From the NCBI GenBank assembly GCA_012031815.1, contig JAAUTE010000001.1:1-40810 (forward strand): a stretch of 40,810 nt of DNA, given 5' to 3'. The translations under genes were made by a program, and so were the position numbers. The notes under the pieces were generated by a model. It did no database searches, was not told where the DNA came from, and was given only the letters and a program-made list of their open reading frames with translations. Positions within the stretch are counted from its first letter, which is position 1. Each line of letters starts with the position of its first letter. This DNA is from Chloroflexaceae bacterium (GTDB lineage: Bacteria > Cyanobacteriota > Cyanobacteriia > Cyanobacteriales > JAAUTE01). This document shows, piece by piece, positions 1 through 9,477 of the stretch.

Positions 1-384
1 AAACTGCAAAAAAAACGGGGTTCACTCGCCCAGGTATCGCCTACGGTGAGAATTTGCTGCCGACATTGCTCGATAAATTGCTGGGTTCTGGTAAATCGGT
101 CGGGGGGCGTCAATAATCAGCGATTGTACCGTTTCGTAGGCTAAAATTGCCTCATTATGGTTGTGGTTTTCCCAGTAAAAATGGACGCGATCGCCAGCGG
201 CAATTTGGTCGAGGAGGGCCAGGGGATCGATGGAGGGAATTTCCTGGGCAAAGCTGACGATTTTAAAGGCATTTTGGGCGCGGAGTTGTTCTTGGGTGGT
301 GGTGAGAAACTGATAGAGTTGCTTGAGGGCGGCAAGGGAGGCCGGGGAAACGGGAGCAGCGGTCAAATTTAGCGATTTTGTCAT
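1..384 (-). pseudogene. menF: Isochorismate synthase (MenF), 5' part. The frame is broken and the gene runs off the left edge.
   Basis: The ATG is at 384-382. ORF 22..384 gives an N-terminus with ...DRVHFYWENHNHNEAILAYE... and stops at 19-21. The neighbouring frame continues open to position 1 as DRFTRTQQFIEQCRQQILTVGDTWASEPRFFCS, which carries the PRFFCSF-type motif typical of isochorismate synthases. The two frames join at the G6 run 102-107. The gene is divergent from menA. Confidence 0.6.
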
Positions 385-908
385 GCGAGAAGGCTATTTT
401 ATGACAGAAATTAAATGCCCCAAAAAAATTGCTATGTAAAATCTTTCGACAACAGCAGCCTTGACAACCGTTGCTCACTGCTGCAAAGAACAGAGGCAGG
501 ACAGACAAGAGGCTAATGCCAGTAAGGTTCTGGACTGCGTACGGAAGATTATAGGTCATTGTCTGAGCCGCCCTGATGAAAATTCTTAACTGCTGCCGAT
601 TCTATGGGCTTCTCTCACCCGTCCGGGGCTGTCAAAGGTGGAATTTGCGGCTGACGGCCTGCTGCTACTTCTGTCAGAATTGCTGCGATCGCCAACCCAG
701 AACTGGAAGTGCTATATTTAGCAGCTTATTTTTTGAGACATTAACCTTGTTTTTCCCTAGCAATCCTCGGAATTCTGCCCCTCAGTCAACCGCGGTCAGC
801 GCAACAAACGTCAATTTTTCTTAATTATCTGCAAAAGGTGAGATGACGGAATTTTAAACTGGGTTAAGCGCTCTCTATGGCTTTACGGACTGTTGACTGG
901 TATAAACC

Positions 909-1823
909 ATGACTACCAAGTTAGTTGCCCAATCCAACGCCAAACTCTGGCTGGCTGCGATTAAACCGCCCATGTATAGCGTGGCTATTATGCCCATCCT
1001 CCTCGGCAGCGCGATCGCCTACGCCGAGACGGGGGAATTTCAGGGTGGAATCTTCTGGACGTTTTTGAGTGCGGCAATTTTGATTTTGGCCTGGTTAAAT
1101 CTCAGTAATGACGTATTTGACTCGGAAACTGGCATTGATGTCAATAAAGCCCACTCGGTGGTCAACCTCACCGGCAACAAATCTCTGGTGTTCTGGATTG
1201 GCAACCTGTGTTTAACCGCAGGAATTGGGGAAATTTTACTCATTGCCTGGTGGCAGCGGGATTTAACGGTTTTAATGATTGTGGCTGCCTGCTGCGCCCT
1301 CGGATACAGCTATCAGGGGCCGCCCTTTCGCTTCGGCTATCAGGGATTCGGAGAACTTATCTGCTTTGTTTGCTTTGGCCCTTTGGCGATCGCGGCGGTC
1401 TATTATTCCCAAACCCAGAGCTATTCTGCCGTCGTCTGGGGTGCTTCGGCAATTTTGGGGGCTAGTACCGGCATTATTCTTTATTGCTCCCATTTTCACC
1501 AGGTCAAAGACGATTTGGCTGCGGGAAAAAAATCTCCCATTATCCGCCTGGGTACGGACCAGGGAGCTAGGTTGCTGGTTCCCGTGACGCTGAGTTTATT
1601 TGCTTTAACCGCTGGTTTTGTAGGATTACAGCTCTTTTCACCCTGGACACTCCTGATTTTCCTCGGTTTGCCCCTGGGCTATCAACTCACCCACCACGTG
1701 GGGCAACACCACGACCAGCCCGATCGGGTGAGCAACTGCAAATTTATTGCCGTCAACTTACATTTTGTTACCGGAGTGTTTTTGTCCTTGGGATTTATCC
1801 TGCCGCGGTTACTGGCAAATTAA
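909..1823 (+). CDS. menA: 1,4-dihydroxy-2-naphthoate phytyltransferase (UbiA-family prenyltransferase, phylloquinone pathway)
   Basis: The 304-aa polytopic membrane protein has an ATG start and the UbiA-type motif NLSNDVFDSETGID. The MenA-like N-terminus reads LWLAAIKPPMYSVAIMPILLG. It sits next to menF. Confidence 0.85.
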   Translation: MTTKLVAQSNAKLWLAAIKPPMYSVAIMPILLGSAIAYAETGEFQGGIFWTFLSAAILILAWLNLSNDVFDSETGIDVNKAHSVVNLTGNKSLVFWIGNLCLTAGIGEILLIAWWQRDLTVLMIVAACCALGYSYQGPPFRFGYQGFGELICFVCFGPLAIAAVYYSQTQSYSAVVWGASAILGASTGIILYCSHFHQVKDDLAAGKKSPIIRLGTDQGARLLVPVTLSLFALTAGFVGLQLFSPWTLLIFLGLPLGYQLTHHVGQHHDQPDRVSNCKFIAVNLHFVTGVFLSLGFILPRLLAN

Positions 1824-1851
1824 GCGTTTTTTGGGGCAATCGGGCGGCGGG

Positions 1852-2964
1852 CTAAGCTTCCTGACTGGGTGCGGGTTGGCTGTCTAGATCCGTTGCTACC
1901 AGTCGGTTTAACCGCTCCTGTTCCCGCTCGCGGATGACTTGCCCCACAGTGGCATTAAGCTGGTCGCCAATGAGCATGATCAAGGAACTTAGATACAACC
2001 ACAGCATCAAGACGATAACTGCTCCTACCGCCCCGTAAACTCGATTGTAGTTGCCGAAATTGGTCACATAAAGCCGAAACAGGGAAGAAACCCCGGCCCA
2101 GGACAGGGCCGCTAAGATTGCCCCCGGTAGAATAGGCGTTCCTTTCTGCCAGCGGCTCGGCCCGAAGCGGTAAATGACCGCAAAGGCGATCGCCACAATG
2201 CCTAAACCCAAAGGCCAGCTTAACAATCGCCAAACATTTAGCAAAATACCGGAAATCGCCGTATTAAATTCGGCCTTTTGAATTAACGTCTCAGTGTAAG
2301 TCAAGGCACTACTGAGAATCAACAGTAGCGCCAGGTTAAAAAGCAAAGCTTTTCCGTAAGCTTCGGCCTTTAGGGCCGGTTTCTGCCGATAGTTTGGTTC
2401 CACACTGATTTGCACCAGGGCGGCGATCGCGCTGACGAGAACCGCAATCAGCCCCAGCCCCTCCAAAAATTGCCAAAAAATTAACAGGACTTCCTTCCAG
2501 TTTTGCTCTACCGCTAATTTAACGAGCAGATCCCCCAGCAGAACCAGGAAAGAGGCAATAATCAGCAAAAAAATCGAACCAACGGTCAACAGTAGCGAAA
2601 TCAGCTTGGCTTTCCAGAAAGGCCGGCGATCGGCACTAGGGATTTGATGAATTTGGTCGAGGGCATTCATGGCTGTGCTAATAACCCCAGAAAACACCCA
2701 AATTGCGGCAATAAAGCTGACAGAAAACAAACCCCGATCTTGGGAAATGGTGATGGTTTGCACAAACTCCAGCAAGAGCGACCAGACCTCTTCGGGAATC
2801 AGTTCTTGGAGCTGAGCCGTTAAAACCACAAAATTGGGCTGAATAGACGAAGTAAAGGCGCTGATTGCGGTCAGAACGGCAACAATGGCTGGAAACAAGG
2901 CCAAAATCGCATTGTACGCCATCTCCGAAGACAGCCCCGGTAGCCGCCGCTCAAAAATACGCAA
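1852..2964 (-). CDS. YihY/BrkB-family inner membrane protein. The N-terminus is probably longer, reaching an ATG at 3031.
   Basis: The 370-aa multi-TM protein carries the family-typical RLPGLSSEMAYNAILALFPAIV near its start. The listed start at 2964 is TTG. An ATG at 3031-3029 in another frame gives MRDTRFYPVF and joins the main frame (RHLTWKTLHRTVLRIFERR...) if the A6 run 3001-3006 is one base shorter. Confidence 0.7.
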   Translation of the reverse strand: MRIFERRLPGLSSEMAYNAILALFPAIVAVLTAISAFTSSIQPNFVVLTAQLQELIPEEVWSLLLEFVQTITISQDRGLFSVSFIAAIWVFSGVISTAMNALDQIHQIPSADRRPFWKAKLISLLLTVGSIFLLIIASFLVLLGDLLVKLAVEQNWKEVLLIFWQFLEGLGLIAVLVSAIAALVQISVEPNYRQKPALKAEAYGKALLFNLALLLILSSALTYTETLIQKAEFNTAISGILLNVWRLLSWPLGLGIVAIAFAVIYRFGPSRWQKGTPILPGAILAALSWAGVSSLFRLYVTNFGNYNRVYGAVGAVIVLMLWLYLSSLIMLIGDQLNATVGQVIREREQERLNRLVATDLDSQPAPSQEA

Positions 2965-3250
2965 AACCGTCCTGTGCAGAGTTTTCCAGGTTAGATGGCG
3001 AAAAAACCGGATAAAAGCGAGTATCGCGCATAGAAACCGCGAGAAAGCACTGTTTCTGAATTATCTCCCCTTTAGCTGAATCAATCCACTCCTAAGGGCT
3101 ATTGATTAGAGGAGAGAGAAATCCGTTTTTCAGCCAGTTTGCAAGCACAATTGAAGGGAGCGATCGCTGTCATAGCTGGCGGAGTAGATTGCCTAAATCG
3201 CTAACAATCAATTGTAAATTGTCAGAATTAGCTACTCTAGGGCTTTGAGG

Positions 3251-4087
3251 ATGGAATTATTTACCGCATTGCTAGCGGGCTTGCTGGCGCTGTTATCCCC
3301 GGCTAATTTGATTTTGGAGCGCATTAGTGAAAATGCCATTCGCTCCCGCTTGAGTGGCGCTGAAACCCTCGCTATTCGCTTAGATAATACGCCCAACCAC
3401 CAAATTACCCAGGGCAAAGTCGATGGCCTGCGCCTAGCGGCACGGGGGTTAGAACCCATTGATGGCTTGAGAATTGCGGTCTTTGAGGTAGAAACTGACC
3501 CGATTGATCTGGATTTGCAGCGCTTGCGTCGAGAACGGGGAAATTTTCGTGACTCCCTCCAGCGACCCCTCCAGGGCAACCTGCGCCTCGTCCTCACCGA
3601 AGCCGATCTCAATCAAGCTCTCCAATCCCCCGAAGTGCGATCGCGCCTGGAAACAAGCCTGGAAAATGCCCCCGAATCCCTGAGACGCCGCCTGGAAAAT
3701 TTGGAAATTGCCGAGTTACGGGTTGAATTCCTCCCCAGCAATCGACTGGCCTTAAACGCCCAATTTCAAGCCCTGCCAGGCCAACCCCCCGCAGCATTAG
3801 CCGTTCGCCTGGAAACCGGGTTGGCGATCGCCCAGGGCCGCCGCCTGCAATTGCTCGATCCCAGCGGAACCATCAATGGACGTCCCCTGTCCCGGTCGGT
3901 GTTGAAGGGTTTAGCCGAAGGGTTGAGTCGGCGCCTGGATTTGGGCTTATTTGAGGCGCGGGGTCTAACGGCTCGACTCTTAGAATTAGAAGTAAATGAG
4001 GACGCTCTCCAGTTGGCCGCTTTCCTTCGCATTGAGAACCCTCCCAATTCAGCGTCCCTTAGCTCGATTCCCTCTGGTCTTGAGTAG
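3251..4087 (+). CDS. DUF2993/LmeA-like protein with an N-terminal hydrophobic anchor
   Basis: The ORF is open from 3245, with an ATG at 3251 (MELFTALLAGLLALLSPANL...). The layout ...IRLDNTPNHQITQGKVDGLRLAARG...LRIAVFEVETDPIDLD resembles DUF2993 proteins as I recall them. Confidence 0.6.
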   Translation: MELFTALLAGLLALLSPANLILERISENAIRSRLSGAETLAIRLDNTPNHQITQGKVDGLRLAARGLEPIDGLRIAVFEVETDPIDLDLQRLRRERGNFRDSLQRPLQGNLRLVLTEADLNQALQSPEVRSRLETSLENAPESLRRRLENLEIAELRVEFLPSNRLALNAQFQALPGQPPAALAVRLETGLAIAQGRRLQLLDPSGTINGRPLSRSVLKGLAEGLSRRLDLGLFEARGLTARLLELEVNEDALQLAAFLRIENPPNSASLSSIPSGLE

Positions 4088-4228
4088 AACCGTTAGGAAC
4101 GTTTATTTTCTCCCGCTCGCTGGCGGCGGGCAATGGCAACCCTTAACCAAGGGGCCGCGTCTTTAGTAACCAAGAATCCAATCTTCTTTGTGTCCAGGGC
4201 AATTCATTGTTGATGTAGGAGGTTAATC

Positions 4229-4879
4229 GTGTCAGAGCAACAGCCAGGTCGGGGTATTTCCCCTGGATTAATCGCGGCGATCGCAGCAGTGATGGCGGCT
4301 GGCGCTGGGGCCGCTTGGTGGGCGGTTAATTCCCTCGATGCTTCCTCCCCCTCTTCCCCCCAACCCACCGCAACTGCCCCCGCCGCCGTTCAACCCGAAC
4401 CCCAGCCTGAAACGACGGCTCCCTCCGCTGAGACGCCCCAAGCCGCCGCCCAAGCTGAAGTTGAGCTTTATTGGGTGCAAGACCGGGATGGCGCGATCGC
4501 CTTAGTACCTGACACCCTCGTCCTGCAAAAGTCTGACAGCCCCGCCTCTCTCCTGGAAGCCGCCTTTACTGAATTATTAAGCGGCCCCGACAATCAAGGG
4601 GTAGCCAGCAGCATTCCGGCGGGGACAAAACTTTTGGGCATCGAGATGGGGAAAGATGGGGTACATGTCAATCTTTCCGAGGAATACACCAGCGGCGGCG
4701 GCAGTGCCTCGATGATGAGCCGCTTGGGACAGGTGGTGTACACGGCAACGACCCTGGATCCCGACGCTCAAGTGTGGCTAGAAGTGGGAGGAGAACCCCT
4801 GGAAGTTTTGGGCGGCGAAGGTTTGTTGGTCGAGCAGCCCCTCACCCGCAAGTCCTTTGACCGGGATTTCCCGCTATAA
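4229..4879 (+). CDS. GerMN-domain protein with a membrane anchor and a Pro/Ala-rich linker
   Basis: A GTG start at 4229 is preceded by GGAGG at 4218-4222 with a 6-nt spacing. A TM segment (LIAAIAAVMAAGAGAAWWAV) is followed by a PAPQ-rich linker. The GerMN-like core reads LYWVQDRDGAIALVP...LGIEMGKDGVHVNLSEEY...QVVYTAT. Confidence 0.7.
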   Translation: MSEQQPGRGISPGLIAAIAAVMAAGAGAAWWAVNSLDASSPSSPQPTATAPAAVQPEPQPETTAPSAETPQAAAQAEVELYWVQDRDGAIALVPDTLVLQKSDSPASLLEAAFTELLSGPDNQGVASSIPAGTKLLGIEMGKDGVHVNLSEEYTSGGGSASMMSRLGQVVYTATTLDPDAQVWLEVGGEPLEVLGGEGLLVEQPLTRKSFDRDFPL

Positions 4880-5051
4880 GCTAATTGAATTTCCGCTTAA
4901 ACCTGTAATCAACCCAACAGCTTTGGCTTTTTGTCGGCGTTACCGGCTAGTTTCCTGGCTGTTCTTTAAGTTGCTCAATTAACGTTTGCCTGCCGCCACT
5001 CACGAAACGGGGCCGATGGCTGTTTGGAGGGAAGAGGCTTTGAGGCTTCGG

Positions 5052-7298
5052 CTAGTTATGTTCAGCCTGGCTGAGGCGGCGCACACTGAGGATGTCGCTC
5101 ATGTTGCGGATGTGGTTAAGGCTGCGCTCAAGCTGCTGGAGGTCGCAAATATCCAAGCAGAGGGAAATTAAGGCGGGTTTTCCTGTGGCGGTTTTGACCC
5201 CGGCAGTGCGGACGTTAATGTTGTGGTCGCTCAAGCGGGCCAAAATGTCGCGCAGCACGCCGACGCGATCGATGCTTTCAATGTGAATATCAACGGGATA
5301 GGTGTGTTGGCGCTGGCGGCCATTGCCATTGGTGGGGTTCCAGCTTACGGGAACGAGGCGATCGCCTGGCACATTTTCCGCATTGCCACAGCCCTGACGG
5401 TGAATGGAGATGCCTTTGGCAGCTCGCGTGACGACGCCAATGATGGGTTCGCCGGGAATGGGGTTACAGCAGCCAGCGAGATGGTACAGTAATCCTTCAA
5501 CACCGCGAATGGGCGAGTTGCTGGGCTTATCGGCGTCGGCTGGGTCGCGCTGGGTTGAGGGAAGGCCGAGGACGGCTGTTTCAGCGGTGGCAATGGGTTG
5601 TTCGGCTCTGACCGCTTCTCGGAGGCGGTTGACCACCTGATTGAGCGTGATTTCGCCATAACCAACCGCAGCGAGCAAATCGTCTACGCTTTGATAGTTA
5701 CAGCGCTGGGTGACTACCTGCATCGGCTCGGATTTGAGTAGGGCATCAAACCCGCTCTTGCCCAGTTCTTTCTCCAGTAATTCCCGCCCCCGTGCCAGGT
5801 TTTCCTCACGGTGCGATCGCCGAAACCATTGACGGATGCGATTGCGTGCGGTGGGGGTAACGGAGAAATTGAGCCAATCCAGGCTGGGATGGCTGTTTTT
5901 GTAGGTAATAATCTCGACAATATCGCCATTGTGCAGGGGGGTATCTAGCACTGACCAGCGACCGTTAATGCGGGCCCCCTTCATGTGATTACCAACTTCA
6001 GTATGAATGCGATAGGCAAAATCCACTGGGGTGGCACCGTGGGCCAGGGGAATGACATCGCCTTGGGGGGTAAAGACGTAAACATCATCTTCAAAGAGAT
6101 TGTCCTTGAGGCTTTCGATGTATTCTTGGGCGTCTTTGAGATCGCGCTGCCATTCCAAGAGCTGCCGCAGCCAGGTAAATTTTTCGTCTTCGGAGGAGAG
6201 GGTTCCTTGGGAGCTGCCGCTTTCTTTATACTTCCAGTGGGCGGCAATTCCGTATTCGGCAACGTGGTGCATCTCTAGAGTCCGAATCTGCACTTCCAGG
6301 GGCTGGCCGTTTAAGCCAATGACGCTGGTGTGGAGGGATTGGTAGTGGTTGGGTTTGGGCAGACCGATGTAGTCTTTGAAGCGGCCGGGGATCGGTCTAA
6401 AGGCATCGTGGACGACGGCGAGGGAACGATAGCACTCTTCATTGGTGACGACAATAATGCGCAGGGCAGCAATGTCATGAATTTCGTCGAATTCCTTCTT
6501 TTGACGCCGCATTTTTTGATAAATGCCGTAGAGATGCTTGGGGCGACCTTTAATTTCCATAACGGAGATGCCAATCTTGTGCAGGCGGTCTTTGAGCAGA
6601 TTGGCAATTGTTTGGATGCGAGCTTCGCGATCGCTGCGGCGTTCGGCAACCAGTTCTTTAATGCTGAGATAGTCCTGGAGTTCCAGGTATTTAAAACACA
6701 GATCTTCTAATTCCCACTTAAAACGACCAATCCCCAGGCGATTAGCCAGGGGAGCAAAAATTTCGCGGGTTTCTAGGGCTATTCGCTGCTGTTTTTCCGG
6801 AGCCAGGTGCTGTAGGGTACGCATGTTGTGGAGGCGATCGGCTAATTTGACGACGATCACCCGAATATCTTGGGCCATAGCTATGAACATGCGGCGAAAG
6901 TTCTCGGCCTGGCGTTCGGTTTTGCTGGAAAAACTATATTTGGAGAGCTTGGTGACCCCTTCGACTAATTGACGCACTTCTGACCCAAACTGGGTTTCAA
7001 GTTCTTCGCCCGTAACTTCTGTATCTTCAATGACATCGTGCAAGAACCCTGCTGCAATCATGGCGCGATCGCCACCCAGGTCATGGAGCAAGCCCGCGAC
7101 GGCTACCGGGTGGGCAATGTAGGGTTCGCCGGATTTGCGATACTGACCTTCATGGAGAGTTCGGGCAAACTCAAAGGCGCGAGCGATTAAATCGGCGTCT
7201 TCTGGGGCTGGGTGATTCTCTGACCGCGCTAGCAAGCACTGGTGCAACCAGTCGGGGAGGTCTAGCTGTTGGGAGTGGGAAGGGATGGCGATCGTCAT
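5052..7298 (-). CDS. spoT: Bifunctional (p)ppGpp synthetase/hydrolase (RelA/SpoT homologue)
   Basis: This is a 748-aa uninterrupted ORF. It has the HD hydrolase motif (AAGFLHDVIEDT), a synthetase region (RPKHLYGIYQKMRRQ), a TGS-like segment (VYVFTPQGDVIPL) and a C-terminal ACT-like segment. Confidence 0.95.
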   Translation of the reverse strand: MTIAIPSHSQQLDLPDWLHQCLLARSENHPAPEDADLIARAFEFARTLHEGQYRKSGEPYIAHPVAVAGLLHDLGGDRAMIAAGFLHDVIEDTEVTGEELETQFGSEVRQLVEGVTKLSKYSFSSKTERQAENFRRMFIAMAQDIRVIVVKLADRLHNMRTLQHLAPEKQQRIALETREIFAPLANRLGIGRFKWELEDLCFKYLELQDYLSIKELVAERRSDREARIQTIANLLKDRLHKIGISVMEIKGRPKHLYGIYQKMRRQKKEFDEIHDIAALRIIVVTNEECYRSLAVVHDAFRPIPGRFKDYIGLPKPNHYQSLHTSVIGLNGQPLEVQIRTLEMHHVAEYGIAAHWKYKESGSSQGTLSSEDEKFTWLRQLLEWQRDLKDAQEYIESLKDNLFEDDVYVFTPQGDVIPLAHGATPVDFAYRIHTEVGNHMKGARINGRWSVLDTPLHNGDIVEIITYKNSHPSLDWLNFSVTPTARNRIRQWFRRSHREENLARGRELLEKELGKSGFDALLKSEPMQVVTQRCNYQSVDDLLAAVGYGEITLNQVVNRLREAVRAEQPIATAETAVLGLPSTQRDPADADKPSNSPIRGVEGLLYHLAGCCNPIPGEPIIGVVTRAAKGISIHRQGCGNAENVPGDRLVPVSWNPTNGNGRQRQHTYPVDIHIESIDRVGVLRDILARLSDHNINVRTAGVKTATGKPALISLCLDICDLQQLERSLNHIRNMSDILSVRRLSQAEHN

Positions 7299-7595
7299 GA
7301 GCTAGGGCAGCGGCTGAGCGAAGGGAAGAATGACGGGCAGAATAACCGATTGAAAGGGGGGATCGGGGGTCTGGGGAGACAGTTTTTGCCTAGGTGCTAT
7401 TGCTAGCGGCTAGAAGCAACTGGGTTTCCCTGGGCGGTTAATAATTACGCTAGGCTCAAGTCTGGAGCTTAATCCAAACTTTAACGATGAATAATGATTG
7501 GCAGATAAATTCTGTCGCGACTGCCCCTAGTGAGGTCAAAAGTTGTTATTTAGATAACAATATTATTAGCTGATCATAGCTTACCATTTGGGAGA

Positions 7596-7946
7596 ATGTT
7601 GCCTCTATCTCATCAGCAGGTTTATCAAAGGTTACTGAAGAGCGCTCTCCAGCTCCAGGTGCTGGCAGTGGATGGTTCAGCCGGGACTGAGTTTGAGCGG
7701 GAATGGCAAGTTTTGGAACAATCCGTTGGGCAATTGTTAGCCCTGCCCCAGGAAGCACTGAAAGCTGACAAAAGTTTTTTCCCCTACTCCCTACATACGG
7801 AGATCTATCGGGCATGGCGATTACTGAAAACTGAAAAGTTATTTTGGCAATCGGCTCGACAGGGGACGACGGCCCAACAGCGCCTCCGGGCGATCTCGGT
7901 GAGATTGGGTCAGCTCATTGACTACTGCCAGGCGTTGCTGACCTAA
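7596..7946 (+). CDS. Hypothetical 116-aa protein, possibly PatD-like. I cannot verify the family.
   Basis: The ORF is clean with an ATG start and is helical and Gln/Leu-rich. The C-terminal pattern HTEIYRAWRLL...FWQSARQGTTAQQRL...LIDYCQALL is reminiscent of small conserved cyanobacterial proteins. Confidence 0.5.
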   Translation: MLPLSHQQVYQRLLKSALQLQVLAVDGSAGTEFEREWQVLEQSVGQLLALPQEALKADKSFFPYSLHTEIYRAWRLLKTEKLFWQSARQGTTAQQRLRAISVRLGQLIDYCQALLT

Positions 7947-8053
7947 AGTTTGGTTAACTGAAAAGTTTGCCCCGACTGATGCTGCTGCCGGAGCAGTTGT
8001 TGGAGCTAATTGTCCCTGTCCTGATGGTTCAAAAGTTAAATATCGTTGAATCA

Positions 8054-8126
8054 CGAGCACGGAGGGATTTGAACCCCCGGCACCCAGAACCGGAATCTGG
8101 TGCTCTATCCACTGAGCTACGTGCCC
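8054..8126 (-). tRNA. tRNA-Arg (anticodon CCG), with no encoded CCA
   Basis: The reverse complement is GGGCACGTAGCTCAGTGGATAGAGCACCAGATTCCGGTTCTGGGTGCCGGGGGTTCAAATCCCTCCGTGCTCG. The 7-bp acceptor stem is GGGCACG/CGTGCTC with one G-U pair. The anticodon stem is CCAGA/TCTGG with loop TTCCGGT. The T-loop GGTTCAAATCC is present. The sequence is followed by TGA, not CCA. Confidence 0.95.
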
Positions 8127-8207
8127 TTGCGCCTACTTAGGATAGCATTTCTTGACGGGTTTGACCGGAAGAATTAGGAGCCTCTCTGGCGATCGCTTGG
8201 GGAGCCT

Positions 8208-8945
8208 TTACGAGGATTTGCGCTGGGAACCCCGATAAATCCGCTCTGCTTGCTGGGGTGCTAGCCAGCCCATGGGTTTGTGGTAGTACGGTGCTAACAA
8301 CTCTTCGGGGTCTAGGGGTTGAGGCGTGGCGGCCGGCAAGATGTATTCGTGGGTGTTGGCATCGTAAGCAAAGACTTCCGCTGACTCAATGTGATACACC
8401 CAGGCATGGAGTGAGAGGCGCCCCTGGCGCAGTTTGGCGTGAATGGAGGGATAAGTCCGCAAATTCTCGATTTGCGTCAGCACGTTTTCTGCGATCGCCA
8501 CATCCAGCAGTGATTCTCCTTGCAAGTGACTGTAATTGTCCTTGATCAGGCGTCGGGTTGCTTCTGTGTGCTGCAACCACTGGCAGACTAGGGGCATTTT
8601 GTCTCTAAGTTGATCAATTTTGAGCAATCCCTTCATCGCCCCGCAATGGGAATGGCCGCAAACAATGATTTGTTGAATATCCAGGGCTTCCATTGCATAT
8701 TCAATGGTTGCTCCTTCGCCGCCGTTGGCTGAACCGTGGGAGGGAATGATGTTACCCGCGTTGCGAATTACAAACAAGTCGCCTACTTGAGCATTGGTAA
8801 TTAGATTGGGATCGACCCGGGAATCGGAGCAAGTGATAAACAAAATTCTCGGTTTTTGCCCCTGGGCCAGTTGCTCAAACAGGTCTTGATATTTGCTGAA
8901 CTGAGTTGTCTGAAATTCCCGCAGTCCTTTGATTAATTTTTCCAT
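8208..8945 (-). CDS. ccaA: Beta-class carbonic anhydrase, carboxysomal CcaA/IcfA type
   Basis: The zinc-ligand motifs are CSDSRV and HSHCGA. The N-terminus (KLIKGLREFQ...DLFEQLAQGQKPRILFITCSDSRVDPNLIT) and the C-terminal GWLAPQQAERIYRG match what I recall of IcfA/CcaA. There is no signal peptide. Confidence 0.85.
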   Translation of the reverse strand: MEKLIKGLREFQTTQFSKYQDLFEQLAQGQKPRILFITCSDSRVDPNLITNAQVGDLFVIRNAGNIIPSHGSANGGEGATIEYAMEALDIQQIIVCGHSHCGAMKGLLKIDQLRDKMPLVCQWLQHTEATRRLIKDNYSHLQGESLLDVAIAENVLTQIENLRTYPSIHAKLRQGRLSLHAWVYHIESAEVFAYDANTHEYILPAATPQPLDPEELLAPYYHKPMGWLAPQQAERIYRGSQRKSS

Positions 8946-9261
8946 TGGGGTTGAATGCTTGCCGTGCCACCTCTATTTAGTTTAGTTTAAGCGCCTCGGT
9001 TACCTGCTGCGCTAGGGATTTTGATTCTGGGTTACTCTCGTTGAGGAACGGCGATCGCCACTGGAAATGTTCGGTTCTACGGGTTTAGGGGCAGGGTGAA
9101 GGCGGTTACCATCGGGGGAACTGGAGGGGGCTATACTGACTGGCAGATAGGTTTAATTTCAACGGCAGCCTAGCGCCAGGGTTTTCGAGGATTCCCGGAT
9201 AATTTGGTCTTGTGCTAGTGGTTATGCCTTTTCTTCCCTTGCTGTTGCCCTAAACACGAGC

Positions 9262-9477
9262 ATGGTTTTTCCACCGGGGTTACGACCGACGTTAAGCGAT
9301 CTTTTTAACTGGGGTGATGTGACACCAGCGGCTACGGCTATCACCCCGCCTGAGGACGCTAATCACTATCGCCTGCTTCCCCACACTCAGCGATCGCGCC
9401 TGGGGGAACTGCGAGCCCAACGGGAATGGTCGGCGGCGATCGCGGCGGCGGAAAATTTGCTCTTAGGTGACTCGTGA
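9262..9477 (+). CDS. Hypothetical 71-aa ORF, either a separate small gene or a detached N-terminus of the downstream kinase-like gene
   Basis: It has an ATG start and no motif I recognise. It ends in a TGA that overlaps the GTG-initiated downstream frame by 11 nt. Any frame join would have to fall inside the 8-nt window 9467-9474. Confidence 0.3.
   Translation: MVFPPGLRPTLSDLFNWGDVTPAATAITPPEDANHYRLLPHTQRSRLGELRAQREWSAAIAAAENLLLGDS

Noticed and set aside
263-824. ORFs 263..559 (-) and 576..824 (+) in the menF-menA spacer
   Set aside because: They are Cys/Arg/Pro-rich translations with no motif and no Shine-Dalgarno sequence. One overlaps the menF 5' end. They are typical chance ORFs in GC-rich DNA.
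5092-6710. A series of 60-126-aa ORFs on both strands inside spoT
   Set aside because: All lie within or antisense to the uninterrupted 748-aa RelA/SpoT ORF and have a biased Arg/Gly/Ala composition. They are shadow ORFs.
9467-9477. Treating ORF 9262..9477 as the N-terminus of the kinase-like gene, lost by a frameshift
   Set aside because: The downstream frame has a TAG at 9464-9466 and the upstream frame stops at 9475-9477. A join would therefore have to fall in an 8-nt window with no homopolymer. A separate small ORF, or a GTG start at 9467, is at least as likely, so I kept them separate.
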